From Vicugna vicugna (lineage: Eukaryota), in contig MU061578.1 in NCBI GenBank assembly GCA_013265495.1, positions 2,551,308 through 2,615,307 of the forward strand: a DNA stretch of 64,000 nucleotides, read 5' to 3'. A model generated the notes under the pieces. It saw nothing but the letters and a program-made list of their open reading frames with translations, had not been told where the DNA came from and searched no databases. A program made the position numbers and the translations under genes. Shown piece by piece: positions 11,701 to 23,984 of this stretch; within the stretch, counting starts at the first letter, position 1; each line of letters begins with the position of its first letter.

Positions 11701-11899
11701 TCTGACCTCTTTTCCTGTTCTTGTGAGCCCTCATGACGCAAGTGCTCTCAGAACCCTTCCCCACACACCACCATAGGCCATACAGTGAAGCAGGAAGACG
11801 CCTCAGCCCCTATCAAAGTTCCAGAACTTAATTCTTATCTCTACACCTTCCACACCACAGCTGCTGATTCTATTTCGTATTTAAGTTTGCCATTGTTAA

Positions 11900-12610
11900 C
11901 TTCAACCTCTTAGTTGGTCGAATAGATAAAGCAAACTGTTTTCACCCCCATGCTCCCCACCCCCAAAAAGTTGCAGACTTTCAAAGTTCAAAATGGGATC
12001 TATAAATGATTCTGTCTTGGCAACGTGAACTGTTGGCAGCAGCTTAAAAGAAGCATTCACTTCCTCCTCCCTTTGCATCTGTGGTTTAGATGTGCGAAAA
12101 TACAGTTCAGCATTTTTACTCTAACTCGGATCTTGCCACACTCCTGCCCCCGCTTGCCTCCCCAGCAGAGGACGAGGCCAATCAATCAGGCATTTTATCA
12201 GTGGGGCTCACCTGACAATTTCAATAGTGGTGCTGATTGAGGGATTCATAGAAAACAGACAAGGTCACTGCTAAAGTGCAGGGTCAAAGGTGGCCTTAAC
12301 AAATAGCCCATTAAATGGGATGGTACTCACTTCTCTTCCCTGAGCGTAGGAAAAAAAAAAAAAAAAACAGAGAGAAGCTGCAACCACACAGATAATGGGA
12401 TGGAGCGGTGAGGAGCCTTCCAGCAAATTCTGTCATGTCCATGTCACTTTCACTTATAAAGGACACTGGCAGCCCATTAGGCAGCTGATCCAGGTAATTT
12501 AAGGGGAAAAAAATCAGTGTAGCTCTTTGAGGGGAGTAGTCTCTGATCTACTCTTTCTCCATGTCACTTTATGGATGAAGACCTCCTCATTACTAATGTC
12601 ATTTGTGGTG
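11900..12610. promoter_or_regulatory. Repeat-free candidate enhancer
   Basis: Nuclear-receptor half sites (AAGGTCA 12261-12267; DR1-like GGGTCAAAGGTGG 12281-12293), TAAT/ATTA cores, duplicated 13-mer; A-run at ~12351-12367. Confidence 0.3.
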
Positions 12611-12619
12611 GTGGTTAAG

Positions 12620-13090
12620 CACCCACTGCTCAGAGGCTCGTTTTCATATAAGATGTACTAAGGGTCAGGGAAGATACTGATTCAATATCTTTGGGAAGCA
12701 CTGTCTATTCTTTCTACCTGAAAATTGGAGAACTTCAGTGTACAAGTGACTATAAAGGCTCTGAGAAGGTCAGCAGAAAAGCAGTCAGTGTAGCATCAGG
12801 AGCAACAGATCAGCATCCAGAGCGAGGCATGCTCAGCTTTTAATTCTGGCCTTGCCACTTCCTATTGTATAACACTGCAGGGTGGTTGTGAGAATTAAAT
12901 TAGAGGGGAGAAAAACGTATAGAGCATACTGCCTAGCACGTAAATTCCTACTTGCCATAATAGTAATTATTAATATTGAACCCAGCACTTATCATAACAC
13001 ATTTGACTATTCTTTCCTTCTTTCAGGGTGACACCTGTTGCAGCCTATGAAAATGGCTTTCCTCAAAACACTTTTTGGGAAAGACTGCAG
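12620..13090 (+). mobile_element. MER103C-like MITE interrupted by a MIR (~12781-12975)
   Basis: tttgggaagcactg...taaaggctctgagaag | MIR | aacccagcac...acatttgac...aacactttttgggaaagactg. Confidence 0.65.
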
Positions 13091-13109
13091 TAAATGGTTT
13101 GTTCTAACT

Positions 13110-13310
13110 TGACAAACAGTTATATAAGCCATGTTATGAGCCAGGCACTATTCTATGTGTTATACATGCATCAGTCCACTTAATTTTCACAACCACTCCG
13201 TGAGTGATGAATATTCAATTAATAGATGAGGAAGCCAAGGCGCTGAGAGATTCAGCACCTTGCTCAAAGTCACACAGCTAGTGAGTGGCTGGCCCCAGAG
13301 TCTAATTCAT
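13110..13310 (-). mobile_element. MIR SINE
   Basis: ccaggcactattcta...cacaaccac...agatgaggaagccaaggc...ttgctcaaagtcacacagctagtgagtggc. Confidence 0.85.
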
Positions 13311-13734
13311 GCCTTTTCTGTGGGGGCCAAAAAATCCAACCCACAGGAAACTCCTGGAGCTATTTTCTGTGACCCATTTTCTCTTCTCCACAAATTGTCA
13401 TAAAATCTCATTTTTATCAGGTTCCTCTTCTGCTCAAAAGGCTAGAATTTCCTGTGCATCACCTCTAGGGTCAAATTCAAAATCATGTTGATTCTAGGCT
13501 CTCAATCTTCCCTTTCCTGATTGGCCTTCTGCCTGGCCTCCCGTGTCTCTTCCTGGTAAACTCATATTCAAATCTCAAAACCCAGTTTAAAATTCACTGC
13601 TTCTGGAAGTCCTCTCTGAACATCTCCACCCAGGATGGAGTTACTACCCCAACTTTTTACTCCATTTTAGCTTTGAAAGGGCCTCTATTGGTTAGCATTT
13701 GCCAGATTGTATTGCCCACTATACCCACGCAATT

Positions 13735-14282
13735 GGACAGAGACCCTCCCCCTTCCTTCTTCTGGCACAAGTTCTGACTTTCCTTCCCATCTCTAGTCCT
13801 TGTAGGGGGTGAATTGACTCCAACCCCTAGCCCTGGAATAAGCCTGTGACCTGTTAGTGGCCAATCAGAGCAATATACCACCCCTGTGGCTACATGTATT
13901 ACTTAAGCGTAATTGTATGACCCAATCCAAGTCAATGAAACTGAATCCCAAGACTCCTGATGGATTGGCCTGGACACATGCACTTGCTTCCTGCAAGACT
14001 TAGAGCTGGGAGACTAAAAAGCCTAACGCCACTAGACCACTCAGTGGAAAGACACTCTTGAGAGTGAAGCCAGCACAGAGGATAAAGGATAACAAAAAAG
14101 GGAAAAAGAGAGAACAAATCTGAGTCCCAATGACATTGGTCAAGCCCCTGGATCAAGCCTGACCTGAAGTAGTTCTATTCTTAGATTTCTCAATTATGTG
14201 AACCAACAAATTTCCTTTTTAACTAAAGAGGGTTAGAGTTAGGGTTCTGTCACTTGTAACCCAAGAAACCCTGACTAGCACA
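13735..14282 (+). mobile_element. MLT1K-like solo LTR
   Basis: ggccaatcagagca...gaagccagcacagagg...cccctggatcaagcc...ttctgtcacttgtaacccaagaaaccctgactagcaca. Confidence 0.8.
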
Positions 14283-15139
14283 ATCTCTAGACCTTAACTG
14301 AGGTCCCCTAAGACTAACCTTGTCTAACATCTTCCCAGGGCCTTGACTCCTAGTCTAAAATATCCTACAAACATGTGTTGCAACAAAACTCAATTTGGAA
14401 ATTTCAAAGTGTCTTCTTGAGCTCAAGCTTCATTGATCCTGGGAACTTAATACACAGTTTTATCCCCATTTCACAGATGGGGAATGTGAGGCTCCAAATA
14501 ATCACTTGCCCATCTGTGCTAGTCTTTGATAACTCTCCTAATGTCTCCTACAGTGAGCACACAGTTGGTGCTTCATCAGTGCCAGTTGCTCCTCTGCTGC
14601 CATCCTGCTGCCCTGGGTCAGCAGATATGGGCTGAGTTCTGGAAAGTGAGGTGGTGCCAGCCCAGGTCTAAATGGCTGTCATCTTTCAGGCCAATCACCT
14701 TTTCTTCCACCCCACCCTCCTGGCAGGCCTAGAACCTGAATGAATGAACATAGTCCAATTTTTTTTCCTAAGCCACCTCTCCCGCCCCCTCAGCTTCTGA
14801 GCCCACTTGAGAAAGATTCACATCCATGCACACCAGCACCACTTACACAATCATGGATTTCAGATTCCACCAGGCCCTCAAGGTTGCCATGAAATCCTTC
14901 TGTTTTCCCTAAGGATGAATGAAGACTTGTTGGCTTTGTCTCTATGGCTTTGGAAACCCAGCTATTTCTCAGCAGTTGGAGTGTGAAATTAAGCAGATGG
15001 AACATCCAGATAACGGACTGCACTGCATCTGGAAACCACGGCATCAGAAAGACAGTTGGAGCTGGTTGCTTTACAGTATGTGGGCAAAGAAGGCATTAAT
15101 TCCAGTCCATTCTTGATCACTACATGCAGCCCACAAAAC

Positions 15140-15330
15140 AGCAAAGAGCATGAAGCCTGTGGCTCAGATCCCACCCCTGCCACTTATTCTCTGTGTGATC
15201 TTAAATGCAGGCTTAAGATTTGGGTTTTCTAACCCATAAAACGGGCATAAAATACCTCCAAGAAATATTTGGAGGATTCAGAGAAATAAACCACAGTGGC
15301 ACATTGCAGGCACTCAATAAATTATCTGAT
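15140..15330 (+). mobile_element. MIR SINE
   Basis: gctcagatcccacccctgccactta...tgtgtgatctt...tggcacattgcaggcactcaataaat. Confidence 0.7.
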
Positions 15331-16159
15331 GTTTGCTCTTTAATTTTCTTAAACATAAAAAGATGCCCAAACCCTTGCCAACTGAATTGGAACACAGGTT
15401 TTACAAATAATTAAATGAGGTCAGCACAATTTCATTGAAGTCACTCAGGCAGCTTCAGTGATAAATTAGGCAACTTTTTACAATCACATCTATTAAAACC
15501 TTAAATTAGTCAAACATAAGGAAGCACACAAGAAAAATACAGACTAGGAGGTGAATCCTGTTTACAAATCAGAATGCTATAGAAATGGCCACAGATTGCA
15601 AATCATAAATTCCATTTTCCAGAAGCTCTATTATACACAGAAACCAGAAGGCAAATAAAAGCATATTTAAAGGTGGTGTTGGCAATGTCTCTTTTTTAAA
15701 GAGACAAAAATGGCATGATTTCACAGCACCAAACTCAAACAAGTGGTAATATAAAATATCAGACCCAAAATTTTTCCAAGCGCTGAATAACGATTGAATA
15801 ACAGCTGAATTGGAACCATTCAAGCATTTAAAAAGAAAGAGATGTGACTCCTTTGGTCACTGCATTAGAGATGATTCTCTCAAATACCACTTGAATCTTT
15901 GTTAACGCTTAGATGGCCTGAATGACAATATCACATCTCCAAGATGCCTTGGAAAAGAGCCTGAACCTTTAGAGGGATACCACTCAGTACAGAGCCAATG
16001 TTCTCTGCAGGGAGTGATTTTGCTATCGTGGGGGCATTTGGCAATATCTGAGAACATTTTTGCTAGTCACAACTGAGGGAGATGGGAATGCCACTAGCAT
16101 CTATTGGGAAGGGACCAGGGATGCTCCTAAACCTCCTAGGGGCACAGGACGGCCCCCCC

Positions 16160-16763
16160 CATATATCCAGAGGGAACTCAAATTTGAAAAGATACATGCA
16201 CCCTGATGTTCATAGCAGCACTATAGATAATAGCCAAGACATGGAGACAATCTAAATGTCCAGTGACAGATGACTGGATAAAGAAGCTGTGGTATATTTA
16301 TACAATGGAATACTATTCAGCCATAAAAAAGAATAAAATAATTCCATTTGCAGCAACATAGATAGACCTGGAGATCGTCATTCTAAGTAAGCCAGAAAGA
16401 GAAAGAAAAATACCATATATCACTCATATGTGGAATCAAAAAAAAAAGTAGAAAAGAAAAAAGAAGACACTAATGAACTTATCTACAAAACAGAAACAGA
16501 CTCACAGACATAGTAAACAAACTTATGGTTACAGTGAGGGGGAAGGGAGGGATAAATTGGAAGTTCGAGATGTGCAAATACTATTATATATAAAATAGAT
16601 TTTTAAAAATTTCTTGTGTACAGCACAGGGAACTATATTCAATATCTTGTAATAACCTATAATGAAAAAGAATATGAAAACAAATATATGTAAGTATATA
16701 TATGACTTAAATATTATGCTGTAGACCAGAAATTGACACACCATAACTGACTATACTTCAATA

Positions 16764-16767
<4 letters not shown>
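16160..16767 (+). mobile_element. 5'-truncated camelid/artiodactyl L1 3' end
   Basis: gatacatgcaccc...atgttcatagcagcacta...tacaatggaatactattcagcc...aaacagaaacagactcacagacatag...gactatacttcaataaaaa. Confidence 0.93.

Positions 16768-16808
<41 letters not shown>
16767..16808. repeat. (ATC)14 microsatellite
   Basis: Perfect trinucleotide run at the L1 tail / MER20 junction. Confidence 0.97.
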
Positions 16809-16809
<1 letters not shown>

Positions 16810-16879
16810 GCCTCAAATGTCACTAGTGCTGAGGTTGAGAAGCCCTGCTCTCTTGTTAGCCAGGCTAGTTTTTAATGGT

Positions 16880-17110
16880 GTGAGCTCAAGGGGTCACTGA
16901 ACCTCTCCAAGCCTCAGTTCCCTCATTTGTCAAATGATGGGAAATCATAGGACCTATCTCCTAGGGCTGCTGAAGGTTTTGATGAGATATTAGTAATAAT
17001 AATCCCTACCACTCAGCAAGCTCTCACTATGCACCAGGCAATGTGCCAAGAGCCTGCATGTTCGTTATTTGATTCAATACTTATAACCACCCTGTGAAGT
17101 AAATAAGATG
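16880..17110. mobile_element. Two MIR fragments, tail to tail (+ then -)
   Basis: aacctctccaagcctcagttccctcatttgtcaaatg (+) followed by cactatgcaccaggcaatgtgccaag...aaccaccctgtgaagt (-). Confidence 0.75.
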
Positions 17111-17174
17111 GCTAAAATCTCGCTGCTGGAGGAGCAGGCTTCAAACCTCAGCAGCTTATGTCTCAAACTCTTTA

Positions 17175-17352
17175 TTCTCCATACTTACAGTGTGGTCCAT
17201 AGACCAGCAACTTCAGCATTCCCAGGAGCTGGTTAGAGATGCATAATCTAAGCCCCACCCCACAGACCAACGGAATCAGAATCTGCATTTTGGGCAGATC
17301 TCCAAGTGATTCATGTGCACCTCGGAGTTTGAGTAGCAATTTGAGAAGCAAT
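17175..17352 (+). mobile_element. MER5A
   Basis: agtgtggtccatagaccagca...ttagagatgcataatct...gaatcagaatctgcatttt...agtgattcatgtgcac...tttgagaagca. Confidence 0.9.
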
Positions 17353-17984
17353 ATGCTAAGGTCAGTGGCTGGCTCCTAAGTAAATACTAAATAATGTTTA
17401 TTATTCGCACTGTCATCACTGTAGCCTTCAGAGAGATTCACTACAGTCAGACTCTGAGTCATAACATGCATGGATGTGGCAAAGATCTCATGGAAGAAAC
17501 TTGTCAACACCAAACACTACCAAGGGCATTGAGTCTGCTCTGCTTTTTAGGAAGTCTTTCTCAATATGGATAAAGATGAGCTGTCACAAAGAGAAGAGTT
17601 GCCACACACCAAACCAGCTCTTCTAGTCCTCAGCCATCAGCCATTATTCTTCCTTCAGCATTCTGTCTGTGCCTCTCCCCATGGCTTACCTATTTCACAC
17701 TACGGTGTGAATGACTCATGGCAGGTGCTGCCTCTCCCAGGGATATTTGCAAAGCTCAAATCATGCTTTTTGCCTCTGTTTGATGGAAGAACCCATACCC
17801 CTGCTGCTAAACCTCAAGTGCTAGGGGCACAGGATGATTACATCACAAAGCACACTCAGTCTAATTTTTTCTACTTTTAAAATTATATAAATAATGCATG
17901 TATGCATCCTCAGTATAAAATATTCAAGTTATGCACAAGTGTCTATGGTACAAAGCAAAGATTTTTGTTTTTTTTAATCAGAGA

Positions 17985-18210
17985 AGCCATAAAAGATTCA
18001 AAGCAAAGACTCTCGACCCAGACTGCTTGAGTTTGAATCCCAGCTCCACTCCATACTAGCTGTGTGTCCTTGAACAACTTACTTAACCTCTCTGTGATTC
18101 AGTTTCCTCATCTGTGCCTAAAAGATCTGTTCAAGGATTAAATGTGACAATGCCTGAGAAATGCTTAGTTCAGAGCCTGGCACATATTATGTGTTAGTGA
18201 TTCCTGTTGC
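17985..18210 (+). mobile_element. MIR SINE
   Basis: cagactgcttgagtttgaatcccagctccact...tagctgtgtgtccttgaacaacttacttaacctctctg...cagtttcctcatctgt. Confidence 0.9.
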
Positions 18211-18219
18211 TCCCTCCCT

Positions 18220-18540
18220 CCAGTGGTAAGCAGGTAAGCCCTATTAACAGCTTGGTGTCAAGCTGTCCAGACCCTCTGCTATGCATTAACTTCCATGTGT
18301 ACCCTACAAATAAAAGTGCACTTTTCACATAAAGGTGATCACACTGGACCTTGGTTCTACAACTTGCTTTATAGTTGAACCAAATCATGGGGATATTTTA
18401 ATACTAGTCACACAGACATATTTCGCATTCTTTTTAACAGCAATGCAAGTCCATCCTTTGGATGGATGCACAAGGGTGTATTGAACCAAGTGCCCACTGG
18501 TGGGCATTTAGGTTGTCCCCATTTTTTCACACTGTAAACA
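18220..18540 (-). mobile_element. L1ME-type fragment
   Basis: cattctttttaacagc...tccatc...tggatg...tggtgggcatttaggttgtcccc. Confidence 0.65.
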
Positions 18541-19979
18541 AATTAGATACGCAGAGGCAGCCAAGTTCCAAGCATGTCAGACTTGGGAAGCAGAGTAGCC
18601 AGGGAGCAGAGCCAGGCAGAGGATGGTCTCATCAGAGTCTCTGCCAAGGACGGGAAAGATGACAACGATCTGGGGCACACTCAGAATAAATAGTTGTCCT
18701 TAACCCTCCCAAAATTGAGAAGTGCATCATTACTCACTTGCTTCCTGTCACAGCTGGTTGCTGGGCTCTCACCTCACCTCCCAGTGCCCTCAAACCGCCC
18801 ATTTTAAGGCATGCTCAGGCCCCCAGATTCACAAACAAGGGCCCCTGTTCCGAGGTGATTTCTCCCTCCTACTGAGCCCCAAGTGCTCATCCTCCAGGAA
18901 CATGAAGAATGACCAAGTACAGCAGTTTCATGGCTTCGTTGGCAGAGGAAACTAAAACCTTACTCAGAACCCTAAATTATAAAGCAGATAAAAGGGAGAG
19001 CGCTGGTTGGACAGAGCTGAGTGGAATGTAGATCCTCGTCTTCTCCCTGAGACCCCCATGGTCCTCCAAAACACAGTGGATAAACCACTCATCTGGTCTG
19101 ATTTGTTTTTCAGATTTGGTGGCTAGAGCTCACAGAGGGGAAGTTATTCAGCGAAGGCCACATGGAAAGTAAGTAGCAGAATCCAGGCCTTTGTCTCCTG
19201 ACTCCTAACTCCCAGGCCACTATGCTTTCTGCTAATTTGTGCACTTTCTCTAATAACTGGGCATAATTAGACTAAGATGTGAATGATTGTCTCATTCAGA
19301 GATGATTCTCTCTTTGGAGACACTTTTCATTAGACCCAGACTTCTCAATCCCATAGCCCAAGCGTAACCCATAGAGTAAACAAAGCAGATCTTCCTGGAT
19401 CAGGGGTTTGGGTATGGAAAAGCTAAATAACAACTCAGAAAAAAAATTATTAACACTGCTCTTATGTTTATAAAATTGATAGAAATCAGACATGAATGTG
19501 CAATTTACCTGAGTGTCTATGATTAAACAGGAAACTTCAAATAAATCTTGCTGCTGTAGTCAATGCCTTTATCCTAATCTTCCACATCATACCCCCAGCC
19601 CCACACCTAACGACATGAAGTTACTCTCGCCTGTCACTGAGTGCTTTGCTGGAAAAGTCTGAGAAATCCTGAGCTAAAGGAATGACTCTTTAGTGGCAAA
19701 ATTAGAGGCTTCAGAATTAGGGAGAGATTTTTCAATGGGGAAAGATCATGCCAAGCCCCTGAAATCTCATGCATAAAGTCTGCTCCACCTAATCTACAAT
19801 TACAATAGCAGCAAACATTTTACTGAGCTCTTACTGCATGCCCAATACTTTACTTGGATGAGATGGCACTGGCATCATCTCCCATTTTACAGAGACCAAA
19901 ACTGAGGCTCTGCAAACATACAACACCCAAATCCCCCAGTTGATCAGTGATGTGGGCAGGATCCGGAAACTCTTCCCAG

Positions 19980-20091
19980 CAGGACAGCCAGTCATCTCAG
20001 TTCAACCAGGACTATCCTGGTTATAGCACCGAAAGTGCCATGTCTACGAGACCCTGCATTCCCAGCATAATTAGGGTAGCTGGTTACCCCA
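19980..20091. mobile_element. MER81-like hAT-Blackjack MITE
   Basis: ccaggactatcctggttatagcaccgaaagt...ggtagctggttacccc. Confidence 0.65.
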
Positions 20092-20098
20092 GCAGAGG

Positions 20099-20177
20099 GT
20101 ATAACTGAATCACTATGCTGTACACCAGAGAGTAATACAACATTGTAAACTGACTAACTTTAATTTAAAAAAAAAAG
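20099..20177 (+). mobile_element. Very short L1 3' tail
   Basis: tataactgaatcactatgctgtacaccaga...acaacattgtaaactgacta + A-run; same motif as the ends of the other young L1s here. Confidence 0.85.
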
Positions 20178-21134
20178 TTTTAAAGAAGCTGTTGCTGAAT
20201 ATTCCAGAAAACGCATAGGACTTTAGCAACTCCATGCTCCACATCTCTGTCTACTCAGTTTTTTTTCTTTAAAGATTTTTTTTAGTTTTTCTTTCCCCCT
20301 CAAATTGGCAGGCAACATAACACTGTGGGCTGTTGTCTTTCTCTCACCGTGAAAGACTACAGAAATGTAAAAGAAAGGAAAAAAATGTAAAGGTCATGGT
20401 GCTTTGAAATGAGTCTTTTAAAAAGATGAAAGAAAGAAAAGAAAATTGCCTGAATGGGTTCCTATTAGTGGGAAGTAAGAAAACGTTCCAAATGGAAAAC
20501 TGTTCACAAGGGAAAGCTTGTTGACCCTTTTATTGTGTTTTAAACTTGTGTTTAAAATGTTCCCTGAATGTTTCAAAAAGTCTTTTTGCATATCTATTTT
20601 CCTTCCCCTGCTAAGTGTCAGCGTTAGGAGCACTTATTGACAAACGGGGAGACTGAAGGCCTGTCTTACGCCCCGCTCTGATGAGTGCTAAGTCCTCCCC
20701 AGGGCAGCAAGCCTCGCCTGGAACTGGGGAGGCCCCACCATGAGCAACCCCTATCTGTTTGCCTTTAATCTCAGCATCTCCCTCCCTGTCTGTCTCCCTC
20801 CCTCCTCTCATTCTCTCCCTCTTTCCCTGCCAGCATCCCTCTCCCTCCTTGTCTCTCCCTCTCCTTCTGTCACGCCCACACTGGCTTTCTCCCTGTCCCT
20901 GCTTCTCACCAAGCTCCCTCTGGCCTCTGCACCTTTGTGCTTTCTGTTCCTCAGCTCAAACACTCTTCCACTTGTGCTTTGCCTGACTGGCAGTTCTCAT
21001 CCTTCAGGTCCCAGCCGGTGGGAATCCATCTCAGGGAGGCCTTCCTGACTTCCCTAGGGAGGACACCCCCACCCGCCCCCCAGCATTCTGCATCTTCCTC
21101 CCCGAACTTACTCCACGTCTTGCAGCTATTGTAT

Positions 21135-21322
21135 GTTTGTTTGTTTGTTTTATTTGAAGCATAGCTGATTTACAATATTATATTAGATTGAGGTGTACAA
21201 CCTAGCGATTCAATATTTTTACAGATTGTACTCCACTTAAAGTTATTATAAAATATTGGCTATATTCCCCACGTTGTACGATATACCTGTAGCTTATTTA
21301 TTTTATACACAGTAGTTTGTAT
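21135..21322 (-). mobile_element. Short L1 3' end inserted in an L2 (~20920-21480)
   Basis: (TTTG)n tail, tgaagcatagctgatttacaata...ggtgtacaac...tattggctatattccc. Confidence 0.85.
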
Positions 21323-21509
21323 TCCATGGGCTCGATGTGTGCATCTCCATCATGCCCTCTAATCTGTGGTCCCACAAGAGTGGGTGCTTGGTGAAGGCAG
21401 GCACCATGTCATCGTCCATGCTCATACCCCCGACTGCCCCCGTGACTGGCAGGCGCAACAGGTGCTCCATCTGCTCCTACCGTATTCGCAGCTGCATGAT
21501 TGAGTGAGT

Positions 21510-21900
21510 GACTCCCAGCCTCCTTCCCAACCTGCTCTCTGGATGATAAGTGCAGGTAGTTTGTCTAGAAGGTGATCCTGGAGGGAAGAAGGCAGTTGAG
21601 GAAGGGAAGGAAGGCAGTACATGGTGGTCATCAAGAGGGCTCCCAACGTGGGCAGGTGAGTTACCTGCTCCCCGGCCAGGTGCAACACCACTGGCTGAGG
21701 GCTGCTGCCGGGGCATCAGCCCCTGGCACTTCCGGCCTGCCCCACGCTAGGATAAAGAAAGCCCCTCTCTGGCAGAGAGTCATGGGTGCTGCTTTACGAT
21801 CCCATCAGAATGGGCCAAAGTGGGGAATACAAATGGGGTACCTGCAGCATCTGCTACAATTGGAAGGAGATCCAATCAGCAAATCCACTGGTCTCAGAGA
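21510..21900 (-). mobile_element. ERVL LTR16-like fragment
   Basis: gtgcaggtagtttgtctagaaggtgatcc...gaggaagggaaggaaggcag. Confidence 0.45.
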
Positions 21901-22261
21901 TCCTCATCCTGCTGAAATTCTTCTGCAACACTGGTCTGTGGACCATTCTTTCCAACTTAAAATGCCTCCCCCCTTGGTTTTCCCAGTTCTGCTCCCACTA
22001 CCCTTGTATTCACCCTGCCTGCTCATCCATCTCTGACTTCTCCTACCATCAGTGAAGATGGCCCCACTGCTACACCATCCTCTACCCACCCTCCCCTGGG
22101 AAATGCAGCAAACTGTACATCCAGGCAAGTCATTCCCAACTCTGTGCTCCCCTCACCTAAGCTCCTGCCCCAACTTACAACCACCTGCCAGAAATAACAC
22201 AACAGTAATAGTAGCAGGTAAGATTTTGAACAGCTAGGTGTGGTGGTTAAGGGCATGCTGT

Positions 22262-22822
22262 CAGCACTATTTACAATAGCCAAGACATGGAAACAACCTA
22301 AATGTCCACTGACAAATGACTGGATAAAGAAGTTGTGGTATATTTATACAATGGGATACTATTCAGCCATAAAAAAGAATAAAATAATGCTATTTGCAGC
22401 AACATGGATGGACCTGGAGATTGTCATTCTAAGTGAAGTAAGCCAGAAAGAGAAAGAAAAATACCACATGATATCACTCATATGTAGAATCTAAAAAACA
22501 GACCAAAAAAAGGACCCAAATGAACTTATCTACAAAACAGAAACAGACTCACAGACATAGAATACAAACTTATGGTTACAGGGGCAGAGGGAGGAAAGGG
22601 GATGGGAGGGGATAAATTGGGAGTTTGAGATTTGCAAATACTAACTACTATACACAAAATAGATAAACAACAAGTTTCTTCTGTATAGCACAGGGAACCA
22701 TATTCAATAGCTTGTAGTAACCTAACATGAAAAAGAATATAAAAATGAATATATGTATGTGTATGTATGACTGAAACATTATGCTGTACACCAGAAATTG
22801 ACACAACGTTGTAAACCAACTA
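22262..22822 (+). mobile_element. Camelid-type L1 fragment (ORF2 C-terminus + 3' UTR, no poly-A) inserted in a MIR
   Basis: ORF 22240-22494 encodes ALFTIAKTWKQPKCP...YYSAIKKN...LSEVSQKEKEKYHM (L1 ORF2 C-terminus); MIR on both sides. Confidence 0.93.
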
Positions 22823-22976
22823 AATTGGGCTCAAACACTGCCTCTGCTCCTCACCAGCTCTAAACTTGAACAAGTTACCAACCCTCTTGAAAAGGCTGAT
22901 AAAGTCCCACTGCAAGGGGCAGTTGTGGGCTTTGGGCAAGTTCAACCCCAGTACATGAAAGTCTTCAGCATGGTGC

Positions 22977-23193
22977 AGGGGTAGGTGGACAACAGCCAGC
23001 ATACCGAATCCACCTGCCCACTCTCCGGTTCTGTAATAAGGTTTTGGGATAGCCACACCCCTCAGTTTAGATTATCTGTGGCTGCCTCCATGTTACAATG
23101 ACAGACTTGAGTAGCCAGACAGGGACTGTATGACCCAGCAAAGCCAAACTTACTCCTATCTTGTCATTTACAGGAAAAGTTTGCCAAAGCCTA
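22977..23193 (+). mobile_element. MER58A
   Basis: tgtaataaggttttggga...tctgtggctgc...acagacttgagtag...ttacaggaaaagtttgcc. Confidence 0.8.
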
Positions 23194-23259
23194 GCACAGA
23201 GCCTGGCATGTGGTAACTGGTACTTAATGAATACTGGGTATTACAGGATTCATGTTATT

Positions 23260-23390
23260 ATTACTTGCAGTCGTATTCGTATTTGCCAGGCTCTGTGCTA
23301 AGCACTTTATGTATGTTATCTAATTTTCAGTCTTCATAACACTGAATGTTGGGAACTCTCATTAACACATTTTACAGACGAGGGCAGTGG
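23260..23390 (-). mobile_element. MIR SINE
   Basis: tgccaggctctgtgctaagcactttatgtatgttatctaattt...cattttacagacgagg. Confidence 0.8.
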
Positions 23391-23636
23391 CTGGGGTCCC
23401 TACATACATGCCTCACAGAGTTCTCCCCTCCCCTGCCCCTCCTTGCCCCCTTTCCAGATCACTGTCCCTTCCCCCATCACTGTCAGCAGCCCCAGAATCT
23501 CGGCCTGGGAGCCTGGGGAATCCTTCTTGACTCCTTCTCCTCCCACAAGTGCTGGAGATTTAGCCTCCACACTGCTTGGCCTCATCCCTACCTCTCTTGT
23601 CATTCCCATTACCCTCTTCACGCTCATTCCCTAGAC

Positions 23637-23897
23637 CAACATTTCCCAGAGTGGGCTTCCCAGAACACTGGTCCCCAGAAAAGGGGTTCCACAGTCAATT
23701 AACTTTGGGAAATACCCATGTCATAGGCCCTACTCTAAAAGTTATATGAACATTAACATGGAAAAGGCTCTGAGAAGTCCTGCAACAAGATCTGTGTAAT
23801 TCTTTGTAACTCAGCATTTAGCAAACATACGTGCTACAAAATCCTTTTTTTCTCCAACTTAAAATCTGTTTCTACCACAGAACACTGGGAATCACTG
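23637..23897 (+). mobile_element. MER103C
   Basis: catttcccagagtg...agaacactgg...tttgggaaatac...aaaggctctgagaagtcctgca...gaacactgggaatcactg. Confidence 0.8.
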
Positions 23898-23984
23898 CCT
23901 GGGTCTCTCACAATGGCTGCCCCTCTGGAATTCATGACCAGGCTCTGTTTCCTGTCATCTCTACCAAAAATTCGATTTGTTCTG

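Larger units (their letters stand above)
15996..16847 (+). mobile_element. MER20 split by an L1 insertion (halves 15996-16160 and ~16809-16847)
   Basis: gattttgc...gcatttggcaatatctg...ccagggatgct...ggcacaggacggcccc | L1 | gcctcaaatgtcactagtgctgaggttgagaagccctg. Confidence 0.9.
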
